DNA from: Candidatus Zixiibacteriota bacterium
GTDB taxonomy: Bacteria > Zixibacteria > MSB-5A5 > GN15 > FEB-12
DNA length: 64,000 nucleotides
Assembly: GCA_024276275.1 (NCBI GenBank)
Contig: JAJRXM010000072.1
Location: 8,416 to 72,415, forward strand
Direction of reading: 5' to 3'
In this document: piece by piece, positions 1 to 8,902 of the stretch
Layout: every line of letters begins with the position of its first letter
How positions within the stretch are numbered: position 1 is the stretch's first letter
Notes under the pieces: generated by a model
Told to the model about the DNA's origin: nothing
The model's database searches: none
Seen by the model: only the letters and a program-made list of their open reading frames with translations
Program-made: the position numbers and the translations under genes

Positions 1-1
1 T

Positions 2-484
2 ATGTTCTGCCTTGACCAGGGACGTTATACAGTTGCCGCAGGTTCGTGCGGACTTATAAAATCTTGCCGTGACGCTTCTGTGAAGTATGCCAAAGAACGT
101 CAAACATTCGGTGTTAATATCGAAGAACATCAATTGGTCAAACAGATGATTGCCAATATGGAAGCCGGATATGAATACTCAACATATCTTTGGATGAAAG
201 CCGGATGGTTGAAAAATCAGGGCAAGCGTTCAACCAAAGCTACCTCGATGGCTAAATGGATTGCTTGTAAAGAGGCCGAAGCATCTGCCGCCAACGCAGT
301 ACAGGTGCACGGTGCCTACGGGTTCTCCGATGAATATCCTGTTGAACGGTTCTACCGCAACTCTAAAGGTGCATCTATTTATGAAGGCACCCGCGAGATT
401 CATACAATCATGCAGGCAGATTATGTTCTCGGTTTCCGTAAGGATAAAGAACTTGAGTTAGACTTACCTAAAGTCGACCAGTAA
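2..484 (+). CDS. acyl-CoA dehydrogenase, C-terminal part (5' end outside window)
   Basis: ORF open to window edge; ACAD-family C-terminus HGAYGFSDEYPVERFYRNSKGASIYEGTREIHT; TAA stop followed by hairpin terminator. Confidence 0.85.
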   Translation: MFCLDQGRYTVAAGSCGLIKSCRDASVKYAKERQTFGVNIEEHQLVKQMIANMEAGYEYSTYLWMKAGWLKNQGKRSTKATSMAKWIACKEAEASAANAVQVHGAYGFSDEYPVERFYRNSKGASIYEGTREIHTIMQADYVLGFRKDKELELDLPKVDQ

Positions 485-513
485 AAAATTAGAATATGTC
501 ATGAACAAAAATG

Positions 514-547
514 TGCTGTCACGCGTCCTCGCTTGACAGCATTTTTA
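514..547 (+). terminator. Rho-independent terminator after the acyl-CoA dehydrogenase gene
   Basis: 8-bp stem tgctgtca (514-521) / tgacagca (534-541) followed by ttttta. Confidence 0.6.
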
Positions 548-1062
548 TGTTTGCCTATGACCTTTTCTTTTGAACTCCTTTCCTGCGAAAGCAGGAATCC
601 AGTATAATCGTCACCCCTACCCGTGCTTGACACGGGGTCCAGAACAAAATCAATCAGCTACCATCCCAATATAAAATACTTACACACCCCTTAATCCCCT
701 CTGTTTAGAGGGGAACAACTTTAAAAAATGGGTTCAGTCGCATATAAAACATCTTTTTATTACCATTTTTTGCACCTCTTTTTCATTATAAACAAAAGGG
801 TCATAGACCCTTACGACGAAATGGCTTTGCTTGAAAAAATGGCTTTAAGCCATTTTCTATAATATTAATTGTAGTGATTTTGTGCATGTGTTTCCATTTT
901 ATAAAATGAGTTTCTCATGTATAAAGCAAATTGTGAGTATGGGGGAAATGTATAGGGATTATGTAGAATATAAAGAGGGGCAGACGAGGGCGCCTGCCGC
1001 CCACGAAAATGCAGGGATTGTGAGAAAATTCTCATTAACAAACTCACGTAGTATAATAATTA

Positions 1063-2211
1063 CTACCCACGTTCAAGAAGCATGGCGACACCTTGACCTT
1101 GTCCGACACAAAGTGATGCGATACCATATTTCACGTTTCGTTCTGCCATAGAATGTGCCAAAGTAATCACAATACGAAGACCGGACATTCCAAGCGGATG
1201 TCCCATAGCAACAGCTCCGCCGTGAATGTTTAATTTCTCTGTCGGTATTTTCAGTTCTCTTTGACATGCGATAACTTGTGCAGCAAACGCCTCGTTGATT
1301 TCAAAAAGTCCAATATCGGACATGCTTAAGCCTGTTCTTTGTAAGAGCTTTTTAATTGCATAGACAGGACCTAAACCCATAACGGTCGGGTTAAGCCCAA
1401 TATTAACTACTGCTTTTATTTCTACCAAGTATTGATTGTCAGCTTGTGAAAGATACTCATTACCACATACCATCGCCATAGCGGCACCGTCGGCAATACC
1501 CGAACTATTGGCGGCAGTTATTGTGCCATCTTCTTTGAAAACTGTTTTAAGAGTTGCCAGTTTTTCAAGCGATGAAACACGAGGGTCTTCATCGTTTAAG
1601 ACTTCACTGTTATCAGGGAGAGTTATCGGTACTATTTCATTATCATAAAATTTGTTTTCTTTTGCTTTAAAATATCGCTCGTTACTTTCTATTGTAAATT
1701 TGTCCTGTTCTTCACGAGAGATTTCATATATCTCGGCTAGTTTTTCTGCTGTCAGCCCCATATTTGTCCATTGGAAATCATACTCTGTAAAAAGGTCTTT
1801 GTTATAATCGACCGCGGCTGTCATAGGGACATGCCCCATATGTTCAACGCCTCCGACTAAAACAGCATTGTTACTACCTGATTTTATAGAGTCAAACGCC
1901 ATCTGTAAAGCACTAAAACTTGAAGCACACAAACGGTTGACAGTAGCACCAGGAATAGATTCGGGAAGGCCGGCAAGTAGCAGAATTTGTCGGGCAAGGT
2001 TTTTCCCCTGTTCAAGATGCTGCCCGACACATCCGAGATAAAAATCATCAATTGTTTTATGTCTGATACTAATACGATTCAGCAATGCCGACAGAGTCTG
2101 CACTCCAAGCTGGTCGGCACGCAGGTTTTTATACATCCCTTTTTCGGGGTGTCCGCGACCGATAGGAGAACGGCAACCGTCGATTATAAAAACTGAATTA
2201 TTATTTGGCAT
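1063..2211 (-). CDS. acetyl-CoA C-acyltransferase (thiolase), last gene of the aromatic operon
   Basis: 382 aa; thiolase motifs NRLCASS (active-site Cys), GHPLGMSG, CVGQGQG. Confidence 0.9.
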   Translation of the reverse strand: MPNNNSVFIIDGCRSPIGRGHPEKGMYKNLRADQLGVQTLSALLNRISIRHKTIDDFYLGCVGQHLEQGKNLARQILLLAGLPESIPGATVNRLCASSFSALQMAFDSIKSGSNNAVLVGGVEHMGHVPMTAAVDYNKDLFTEYDFQWTNMGLTAEKLAEIYEISREEQDKFTIESNERYFKAKENKFYDNEIVPITLPDNSEVLNDEDPRVSSLEKLATLKTVFKEDGTITAANSSGIADGAAMAMVCGNEYLSQADNQYLVEIKAVVNIGLNPTVMGLGPVYAIKKLLQRTGLSMSDIGLFEINEAFAAQVIACQRELKIPTEKLNIHGGAVAMGHPLGMSGLRIVITLAHSMAERNVKYGIASLCVGQGQGVAMLLERG

Positions 2212-2221
2212 ATTTTATCTT

Positions 2222-2958
2222 TTAAAAAATTGTTGATCCTATTGAACGACCGCCGTCAACATGTAAAATCTGACCGTTAATAAACTGAGCCTCTTCAGAT
2301 GCTAAAAATGCTACTGCCGATGCGACATCTTCCGGTTCACCAGCTTGTTTTGACGGTTGTTTGTCTAAGAGTTTTTGAAATATCTCTTTTGGTAATGCAT
2401 TGGTCATATCTGTTTTTATAAGTCCCGGAGCAACAGCATTGACCGTTATATTTTTTGGAGCCAGTTCAAGTGCCAAGACTCTGGTCATACTTACAAGCCC
2501 ACCCTTCGAGGCAGAGTAGTTTGACTGCCCCGGATTACCGAGCCACGCTCGGGAGGCAATATTTATTATACGTCCACTTTTTTGTTCTCTCATGATAGGA
2601 GCTACTTCTTTGCAAAGAAGCCAGGAGCCTTTGAGATTTACTTGAATAACATCGTCGAACTGCTCTTCTGTCATTTTCCATATAACATTGTCTTTTATAA
2701 TACCGGCATTGTTTACGAGTATATCAATTTTCTTTTTTTCTTCAATAATCATTGAGATAAAAGCTTGTACATCATCCCGCTTGGAGATATCGCCCTCAAA
2801 ACAGCATAGGAATTTCCCGGATCAATTTTAAAAGATTCAGGTATAGATTTATCAATGATATACACAAAAGTACCGTCTTTAACAAATCGTTTTGTAATTG
2901 CTAGACCTATCCCCCTCATGCCGCCTGTTACAATAGCTATTTTTCCGTCAAATGACAT
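2222..2958 (-). pseudogene. short-chain dehydrogenase/reductase (FabG / 3-hydroxyacyl-CoA dehydrogenase-like) split by a 1-nt frameshift
   Basis: ORF 2749-2958 carries TGGMRGIG; ORF 2222-2752 carries NNAG and YSASK. Adding one base in the A4 run at 2798-2801 rejoins them as ...[19 protein letters not shown]... Confidence 0.8.
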
Positions 2959-2963
2959 TTGAG

Positions 2964-3740
2964 TTAGTTATCCTTCCATTTCGGAGTTCGTCGTTCCAAA
3001 AATGAATTTATACCTTCGTTGGAATCCTGAGTTTCCATCAGTTTATTAATATACATTTTCTCAAGTTCCTGAAGATGTTTCTTAAGCGTTCTGTTAAATG
3101 TTCTTCGGACAGCTTTATTGGCAAATCTCAAAGAAGACGCACTTTTTGGAAGTATGCTTTTAACTACCCAGTTATCAACATCGGTCAGCATAGTTTCTTT
3201 ATCATTTGAAACCGAACAGACAAGTCCGATTTTATATGCAAAATCAACATCTATAATTTTTCCGGTTAAAAGCATATCATCAGCATGCGATTGTCCGAGT
3301 TTCATAGGGAGAATCAATGATGCAGGCGGAGCAAAAACGCCAAGAGATATTTCAGGCTGACCGAATTTTGCCGTTTTATCAGCAAACATAAAGTTGCACA
3401 TCAGGGCAAGTTCTAAACCACCACCTAAACATTGCCCTGAAATCAATGCTGCGGTCGGGATAGATAAATCCATTAGTGTATAAAACAATTGATGAAACTG
3501 TTTCAGCATTTGTGGTGCATTTTCTTTGGTATGTTCAGCGACAGATGCACCAAAACTAAAATGCTTACCTTCACCGATAAACTGAATCAGTTTTATATGC
3601 GGTTGTTCTTTAAAGCTGTCAAGAACCTCTTGCAGTTCGGTCATCATAGCAGCATCGAGAACGTTTCCTTTGGGAGAATTAAGGGTAATTCGCATAACTT
3701 GATTGTCATGCGAATATTCCTGTAATAGTTTTTCAGCCAT
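2964..3740 (-). CDS. dch: crotonase-family enoyl-CoA hydratase, candidate cyclohexa-1,5-diene-1-carbonyl-CoA hydratase
   Basis: 258 aa crotonase fold ([24 protein letters not shown]); sits directly downstream of had and oah/bamA homologues; size matches my recollection of Thauera Dch. Confidence 0.7.
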   Translation of the reverse strand: MAEKLLQEYSHDNQVMRITLNSPKGNVLDAAMMTELQEVLDSFKEQPHIKLIQFIGEGKHFSFGASVAEHTKENAPQMLKQFHQLFYTLMDLSIPTAALISGQCLGGGLELALMCNFMFADKTAKFGQPEISLGVFAPPASLILPMKLGQSHADDMLLTGKIIDVDFAYKIGLVCSVSNDKETMLTDVDNWVVKSILPKSASSLRFANKAVRRTFNRTLKKHLQELEKMYINKLMETQDSNEGINSFLERRTPKWKDN

Positions 3741-3746
3741 ATAAAC

Positions 3747-4832
3747 CTACTTAGGTAAAATTGCGTTGAGCATTTCATCATCCCATGGATGACCTTCTGA
3801 AAGCATTATACGTAATTTAATGAAATCAATTTCGCGGTTCCCTTTTGGTCCTTCGTTAAATGCGCGGAAGCCTGCTTTTGCTTCAGTCATCATATTTAGT
3901 CCAAGCCAATCACGACTGGTTTGATGATTTTGATTCCAATGCTCTAATTTCTTTTTCCGAAGCGAGTTAAGTGTTTTAGTAATACAACCCGGCATCATGT
4001 ACATCAGTTTTGTAGATAGAGAGTCAACGCATTCATCAAGCGGAGTTAAATCAATCTCGCTGCTTTTGAGTAAATCTTTTCCTGTTCTTAACTCATCACC
4101 GGATTTTGTTTTTCCATAGACAATAGAGCCGGTTTCATCAAGCCATTTGTCTGTAACAACTAAAGGATTACGAACAAACTTACCGTCTACTTTTAAAACA
4201 GGAATAGCGTCTGTAATAAGACCTATTTGTTTTGCTTCGTAAGAAGACCACATTTCACAAAGCGTGCAGCTTTGCATTGCTCTTTCAATACCGACAAACA
4301 GATGCAGAAAATCAGTAGAACCGCCATCCGGTGCGGAACCGTGTTTTGGCCCTGCCTGTCCGAAAACAGCTAAGTCACTTGCAACCGTAAAATCACACGC
4401 CATACCTATTTCCTGTCCACCGGCAATTCGCATTCCGTTTACCCTACAGATAACAGGTTTATCACAGGTGAGAATGGATGTTATCATGTCGTTAAACAAT
4501 CTCATATACTGCATATATTCAATAGGTCGGCCGGTATAATATTCGGCATATTCTTTGGTATTCCCTCCGGTACAAAATGCTCTATCTCCTACAGCGGTAA
4601 AAACTACCGAGACAACCGAACGGTCATTTGATGCTTTGCGAAAAGCCATGATGACTTCTTTGACAGCGGCAGTTGTATATGAATTATATTGTTTCGGATT
4701 ATTTAAATATATCCATGCGTTATAAAGTTTGTCAACCTTATTACCGTTAGTATCCAGACAAGGTTTAAGTTCATACTTAATTTCTTTAAAGTCTATTTCG
4801 ACTATGTCATGATTATGCAGTTCAAAGCTCAT
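3747..4832 (-). CDS. bamA: 6-oxocyclohex-1-ene-1-carbonyl-CoA hydrolase (ring-opening enzyme, BamA/Oah)
   Basis: 361-aa extended crotonase; contains QYNSYTT and GGQEIGMACD, which I recall as the motifs targeted by the standard degenerate bamA marker primers; flanked by had- and dch-like genes. Confidence 0.85.
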   Translation of the reverse strand: MSFELHNHDIVEIDFKEIKYELKPCLDTNGNKVDKLYNAWIYLNNPKQYNSYTTAAVKEVIMAFRKASNDRSVVSVVFTAVGDRAFCTGGNTKEYAEYYTGRPIEYMQYMRLFNDMITSILTCDKPVICRVNGMRIAGGQEIGMACDFTVASDLAVFGQAGPKHGSAPDGGSTDFLHLFVGIERAMQSCTLCEMWSSYEAKQIGLITDAIPVLKVDGKFVRNPLVVTDKWLDETGSIVYGKTKSGDELRTGKDLLKSSEIDLTPLDECVDSLSTKLMYMMPGCITKTLNSLRKKKLEHWNQNHQTSRDWLGLNMMTEAKAGFRAFNEGPKGNREIDFIKLRIMLSEGHPWDDEMLNAILPK

Positions 4833-4864
4833 TATATTATCTCCTTATAATATTGAATTTCAAG

Positions 4865-5932
4865 TTAAAAGTCCGGAGTCAGTACCGAACGTTTTAAAAA
4901 TTTATGTTCTAGTGTATCCTGAAAAATATCATTTATTTTAGACATCGGAAATGTTTGAGTGTACGGTTTTAGTTTTAATTTACCTTCTGCGGTAAGGTTT
5001 ATTACATCGGTGTACAGTTCCGGTTTACATCCCCAAGTACCGATAATCTTACCATCGAATGCCATAAGATTACTAAGACGTACTTCCAGTTTATCGAGAG
5101 TAAATCCGACAATTGATAATGTCGAGGCAATCCCCATGAGTGCGTAACCGAGTTCCTGTCCCGGTTTTGTGCCGGACATTTCATAGATTTTCCATCCAAA
5201 AGGTGAGGCACCCATATCTTTACATTTTGCTTTCACCTGTTTTTTGATTTCTCTAATATCAAGGTCTTTGATATTCAAAGTATTTGTAATTCCTGCATCT
5301 TGTAGTTGGTCAAGTTTATCTTGTGAAATGTCTAGTGCTAAAACATTGCCACCTAAAATTTGTGCAAGCTGGGCTCCATAGATTCCGATTCCGCCGACAC
5401 CGATGATAACACAAAAGTCATCCTGTTTTAATTCGCTTTTTACTATAACCTGATACGGTGTCGAAACAGCATCTGCGATAACAGAGAGTTCGGCTAATGA
5501 ATGATTTTTAAGAGCAGCATCAGGTACGACAGTCAGATATTTAGACGGAACAACAATATGACTTCCAAAACCGCCGTTAAAATCGTTACCGGGCATTTTT
5601 TGCTTTTGGCATATATTACTTCGTCCGCTATTACAGAGAGAACAATCTCCGCACGGAAGAACAGCCGGGATAATAACAGGTTTTCCTTTTAGTTCAGAAG
5701 GTCCTTCCATGACAATTCCACTAATCTCATGCCCTAAGACTAGAGGGAGTTCATGACGGGTAGGAACTCCATAATGCCAAAAACTTAAATCTGTATGGCA
5801 GACACCACATCCGGAAATTTCAATAAGTGCTTCATCCGGTTTAATATCTTCTATTTGATAGACCACCTTTTCAAACGGTTTATCTTTAGCAGTCATTTGA
5901 TATGCTTGTACATCTATCATTGTTACCTCCAT
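4865..5932 (-). CDS. had: Zn-dependent MDR alcohol dehydrogenase, candidate 6-hydroxycyclohex-1-ene-1-carbonyl-CoA dehydrogenase
   Basis: 355 aa; GCGVCHTDL and GHEISG zinc-ADH motifs, CGDCSLC structural-Zn loop; position immediately upstream of bamA/oah. Confidence 0.7.
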   Translation of the reverse strand: MEVTMIDVQAYQMTAKDKPFEKVVYQIEDIKPDEALIEISGCGVCHTDLSFWHYGVPTRHELPLVLGHEISGIVMEGPSELKGKPVIIPAVLPCGDCSLCNSGRSNICQKQKMPGNDFNGGFGSHIVVPSKYLTVVPDAALKNHSLAELSVIADAVSTPYQVIVKSELKQDDFCVIIGVGGIGIYGAQLAQILGGNVLALDISQDKLDQLQDAGITNTLNIKDLDIREIKKQVKAKCKDMGASPFGWKIYEMSGTKPGQELGYALMGIASTLSIVGFTLDKLEVRLSNLMAFDGKIIGTWGCKPELYTDVINLTAEGKLKLKPYTQTFPMSKINDIFQDTLEHKFLKRSVLTPDF

Positions 5933-5950
5933 AATTTCTTTCTTTTACGT

Positions 5951-6709
5951 TTATTTTTCATCACGTGCTATAAGTGCCGCTCCCAAAGCAACAGCCATTT
6001 GCGGTTTTGGGAAAATATCAACTTCTGTATTAAATTCATTTTTCAGTAAGTCTTTTAAATACGGATGGTACGAAATTACACCTCCGCATAAATAAATAGG
6101 GATATCTAATTGCACAGGAAGTTTACAAATTCTGTTGACGATAGAAAGATATATCCCCTTGGCGATATCTTCGGCAGAGACACCGTTAAATTTCCATCCG
6201 AGAATTTCAGTCTTGGCAAAAACGGTGCAGAAACTATTTATCACTTTATCATTTGTTGAGTTTTTAGCTAAGTCATTCATTTCTTGAATTTCAATTTCTG
6301 CTTTGTCAGCAATTTCTGTTATAAAAGTTCCGGTCCCTGCTGAACATTTGTCATTCATCATAAATTCGATAACTTCACCGTTAGGTCCTGACTCGATAAT
6401 TTTGATATCTTCACCGCCTATATCGATAATGCATTTATGAGTAGGGGCAAAAGATGAGACTCCCTTGGCGGCACAAATAAGTTCTGTCTTTTGCAAATCA
6501 CATGCAAAGCTGTTACGTCCGTAGCCAGTCGAGCATGTTTTTGAAATGTTAAATTTGTTATCAATTTCATTTTTAATATCTTGAAATGTCTGACGGTTTC
6601 TGCTTAAGGTTTGAATAGTCTTCTCAAACATTACAGTACCGCTATCATCTACAACAACAAATTTTGTGTATGAGGAACCGAGGTCTATGCCTAAAAAGTG
6701 AGAATCCAT
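5951..6709 (-). CDS. BcrAD/BadFG/HgdC-family ATPase (activator-type, YjiL-like), extra copy
   Basis: 252 aa; GIDLGSSYTKFVVVD, DIGGEDIKII, cluster-bridging Cys motifs NDKCSAGTGTF and SFCTVFAKTE. Confidence 0.85.
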   Translation of the reverse strand: MDSHFLGIDLGSSYTKFVVVDDSGTVMFEKTIQTLSRNRQTFQDIKNEIDNKFNISKTCSTGYGRNSFACDLQKTELICAAKGVSSFAPTHKCIIDIGGEDIKIIESGPNGEVIEFMMNDKCSAGTGTFITEIADKAEIEIQEMNDLAKNSTNDKVINSFCTVFAKTEILGWKFNGVSAEDIAKGIYLSIVNRICKLPVQLDIPIYLCGGVISYHPYLKDLLKNEFNTEVDIFPKPQMAVALGAALIARDEK

Positions 6710-6732
6710 AATAGTTTAAAATAATATTCGTA

Positions 6733-7680
6733 TTATTTTTCCTGTAAATGTTCCAGTAAATGAACCAACGCCGTAACAGACTGATTGAGAGGTGTCGGTA
6801 AATAATGTTTTCTGCCATAATCAACAATCTTACCGTTTAGTTGGTCGATTTCAGTTCGGTTTCCATTTTCTAAATCAACAAGCATTGACGGTCTGTGATG
6901 TCCGGCGTTTTTTAAATATCTAATTGAGTATCTTCTGAATTTCTTCCCTAAATCAATTTTTTCTTTTTCGGCAATAACAACTGATTCGTCAATAATCCCT
7001 TCCACCAAATCAAGTGTCAACGGAAAGTCCATAACCTCTTTCATCGTTTTACGAGTAATTGCACAAACAGCACTCAGCGATGCATTTAATATCGCTTTTT
7101 GCCAGACATGATCAATAATATCCTCAGGTATCTCAGTTGTTAAGTCAACGGAATTCAGCATATCATTTATTTGTTTGGCTATCGCTTCTCCCTGTGGCAT
7201 TAAAGCAGCAAGATAGTTAGGTGGATTAAAGAAACTTACATGTACAATATTTTCAGAGATATTACCGGCGTAATTTATAACCATACGAAGAGTCTTTTGA
7301 TCTCCAAACTCTCTTGCAACAACTACTTCATTATCAATGCCGTTTTGTGCGACCATAACAAACATTTTTTCTGTTGAAATTTCTTTGAGCTGTGAAACAA
7401 CCTTTTCAAGTACCGGAGTTTTTACCGCAAGAATAACTAAATCGAGGTCGTACATTTCAAGTTCCTGAATTGAAAAACAAACTTCTGAAACTTGAACATT
7501 TTTTTCAAATTTAAATTGTAATGTTATCCCCTTTTTTTTAATTATATCCATTTTTTGATGTACTAAATCGCAAAGAACTACATAGGCTCCCGCCTCTATG
7601 AGATGCGCACCTAAGACAGCTCCGACCGGTCCCATTCCAACAACGCCGATACGCAAATTATTATTTTCATTCCCAGACAT
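6733..7680 (-). CDS. 2-dehydropantoate 2-reductase (PanE/ApbA) family oxidoreductase
   Basis: 315 aa; N-terminal Rossmann IGVVGMGPVGAVLGAHL; family-typical length and C-terminal helical domain. Confidence 0.75.
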   Translation of the reverse strand: MSGNENNNLRIGVVGMGPVGAVLGAHLIEAGAYVVLCDLVHQKMDIIKKKGITLQFKFEKNVQVSEVCFSIQELEMYDLDLVILAVKTPVLEKVVSQLKEISTEKMFVMVAQNGIDNEVVVAREFGDQKTLRMVINYAGNISENIVHVSFFNPPNYLAALMPQGEAIAKQINDMLNSVDLTTEIPEDIIDHVWQKAILNASLSAVCAITRKTMKEVMDFPLTLDLVEGIIDESVVIAEKEKIDLGKKFRRYSIRYLKNAGHHRPSMLVDLENGNRTEIDQLNGKIVDYGRKHYLPTPLNQSVTALVHLLEHLQEK

Positions 7681-7693
7681 TATATATCCTTAT

Positions 7694-8899
7694 TTATACT
7701 GATATTCTTTTTTTTGATTTTAGTTGTTCCAGAAAAGTCTCAAGTTTTGTTTGAGTTTGTCCGTCGGAGAAAAACCGCAAGTCATTCAAGTCACCATCGA
7801 TTGTTAATGTATCAATTCGGGTTGAATCTTTTAATCGTTTGGGTAGTCCAAATCTGTTGTTACTATTGTTAAAACAGGTTTTGGCATCATGAAAAATAAT
7901 ACCGTCTATATCAAAGTCGTTTAACATTTTTTCCATATAAGCCAGCTTGGTATTTTCACCCCGATTGATAAATATCTTTGTATATGCCGATGCCATTGAC
8001 TCCAATGGATTTTTCGGATTAAAATCATCAAATATCCAGCTATTACAATATGTCGAGGCAACCACCACAGAATTATTATCATTAAAGAACTGTGCCATCG
8101 ACCGTAATCTTCCCCAAATCGGCATACCTTCCCAGTAGAGCCTGAGTTGGTTTGAATCTTCTTGTTGTGTTTTTGCAAGTTCTTCTAATTCACTCAAAGT
8201 TTCTTTGTAAAAATCAACACAAATTTTTGTACCTCGCAGCATTACTATAGGTGCCATAAGAATCGTTCCGTCAAAAAATGAAAGCGGAGACGGTTTTTTT
8301 CGAGCTGTATCCAACACCTGTTTCCAAAGCTGAGTACCTTCATAACTTAAAGCTACAACTTTTTCTAGTTCATGAGGGTCGAGTTTTTTCCCGAGAACAT
8401 TTTCCCCGACAGAAATAACTTCTTTAAACTGAGCAACAACATTATCAATGTCTGACTTTGATACATCTTCTAAATATCTCGGAGGATAAATTCCGACAAC
8501 AGGGCAGTTAAATTCCCGTCCGTAAAAATTAAACCATTCGGCAACCTCTCTGCATTGGTTCGTATTAAAAACTATCATATCCGGTTTGGGAATTGATTTG
8601 AGTCCATAAGCATTGGTAAGTGGGGTTTCTTTCATTAGCCAGGCACCGATATCCGCTGTCAGATATGAACAAATTTCTCCTGAAAATCCTGCCCGATGGG
8701 CTTTCGGTATATATTTACCGGCAAGACGAGTAGCACCTAGCATGGCACCATGGTTCTCGGGAAAATAAACCTCGAAGCCTAAGGCTCTAAGAATTTCAGC
8801 AGGACCTGCTGATGTACACCATGCAACAGGAGCCTTCATTCCAACAAAATAATTTTCGAGAATTATTTTTAATTTTTTTTGTGCTTCTAATTGTGCCAT
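7694..8899 (-). CDS. 2-hydroxyacyl-CoA dehydratase / BcrC-BadD-HgdB (HGD-D) family protein, single extra subunit (YjiM-like)
   Basis: 401 aa; family pattern PVAWCTSAGPAEILRALG, CSYLTADIG, C-terminal DGIIFHDAKTC ... DGDLNDLR. Confidence 0.8.
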   Translation of the reverse strand: MAQLEAQKKLKIILENYFVGMKAPVAWCTSAGPAEILRALGFEVYFPENHGAMLGATRLAGKYIPKAHRAGFSGEICSYLTADIGAWLMKETPLTNAYGLKSIPKPDMIVFNTNQCREVAEWFNFYGREFNCPVVGIYPPRYLEDVSKSDIDNVVAQFKEVISVGENVLGKKLDPHELEKVVALSYEGTQLWKQVLDTARKKPSPLSFFDGTILMAPIVMLRGTKICVDFYKETLSELEELAKTQQEDSNQLRLYWEGMPIWGRLRSMAQFFNDNNSVVVASTYCNSWIFDDFNPKNPLESMASAYTKIFINRGENTKLAYMEKMLNDFDIDGIIFHDAKTCFNNSNNRFGLPKRLKDSTRIDTLTIDGDLNDLRFFSDGQTQTKLETFLEQLKSKKRISV

Positions 8900-8902
8900 T
8901 TT

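Noticed and set aside
485-870. The reading frame following the acyl-CoA dehydrogenase stop stays free of TAG/TGA for about 130 codons, so could be a TAA read-through extension
   Set aside because: The dehydrogenase ends at a normal C-terminus, a terminator hairpin follows immediately, and the translated extension is not protein-like and crosses five TAA codons.
865-1151. ORFs 865-1047 (-) and 882-1151 (+) in the convergent spacer
   Set aside because: They overlap each other and the thiolase 3' end, have no RBS and no recognisable family, and the region is dominated by hairpins.
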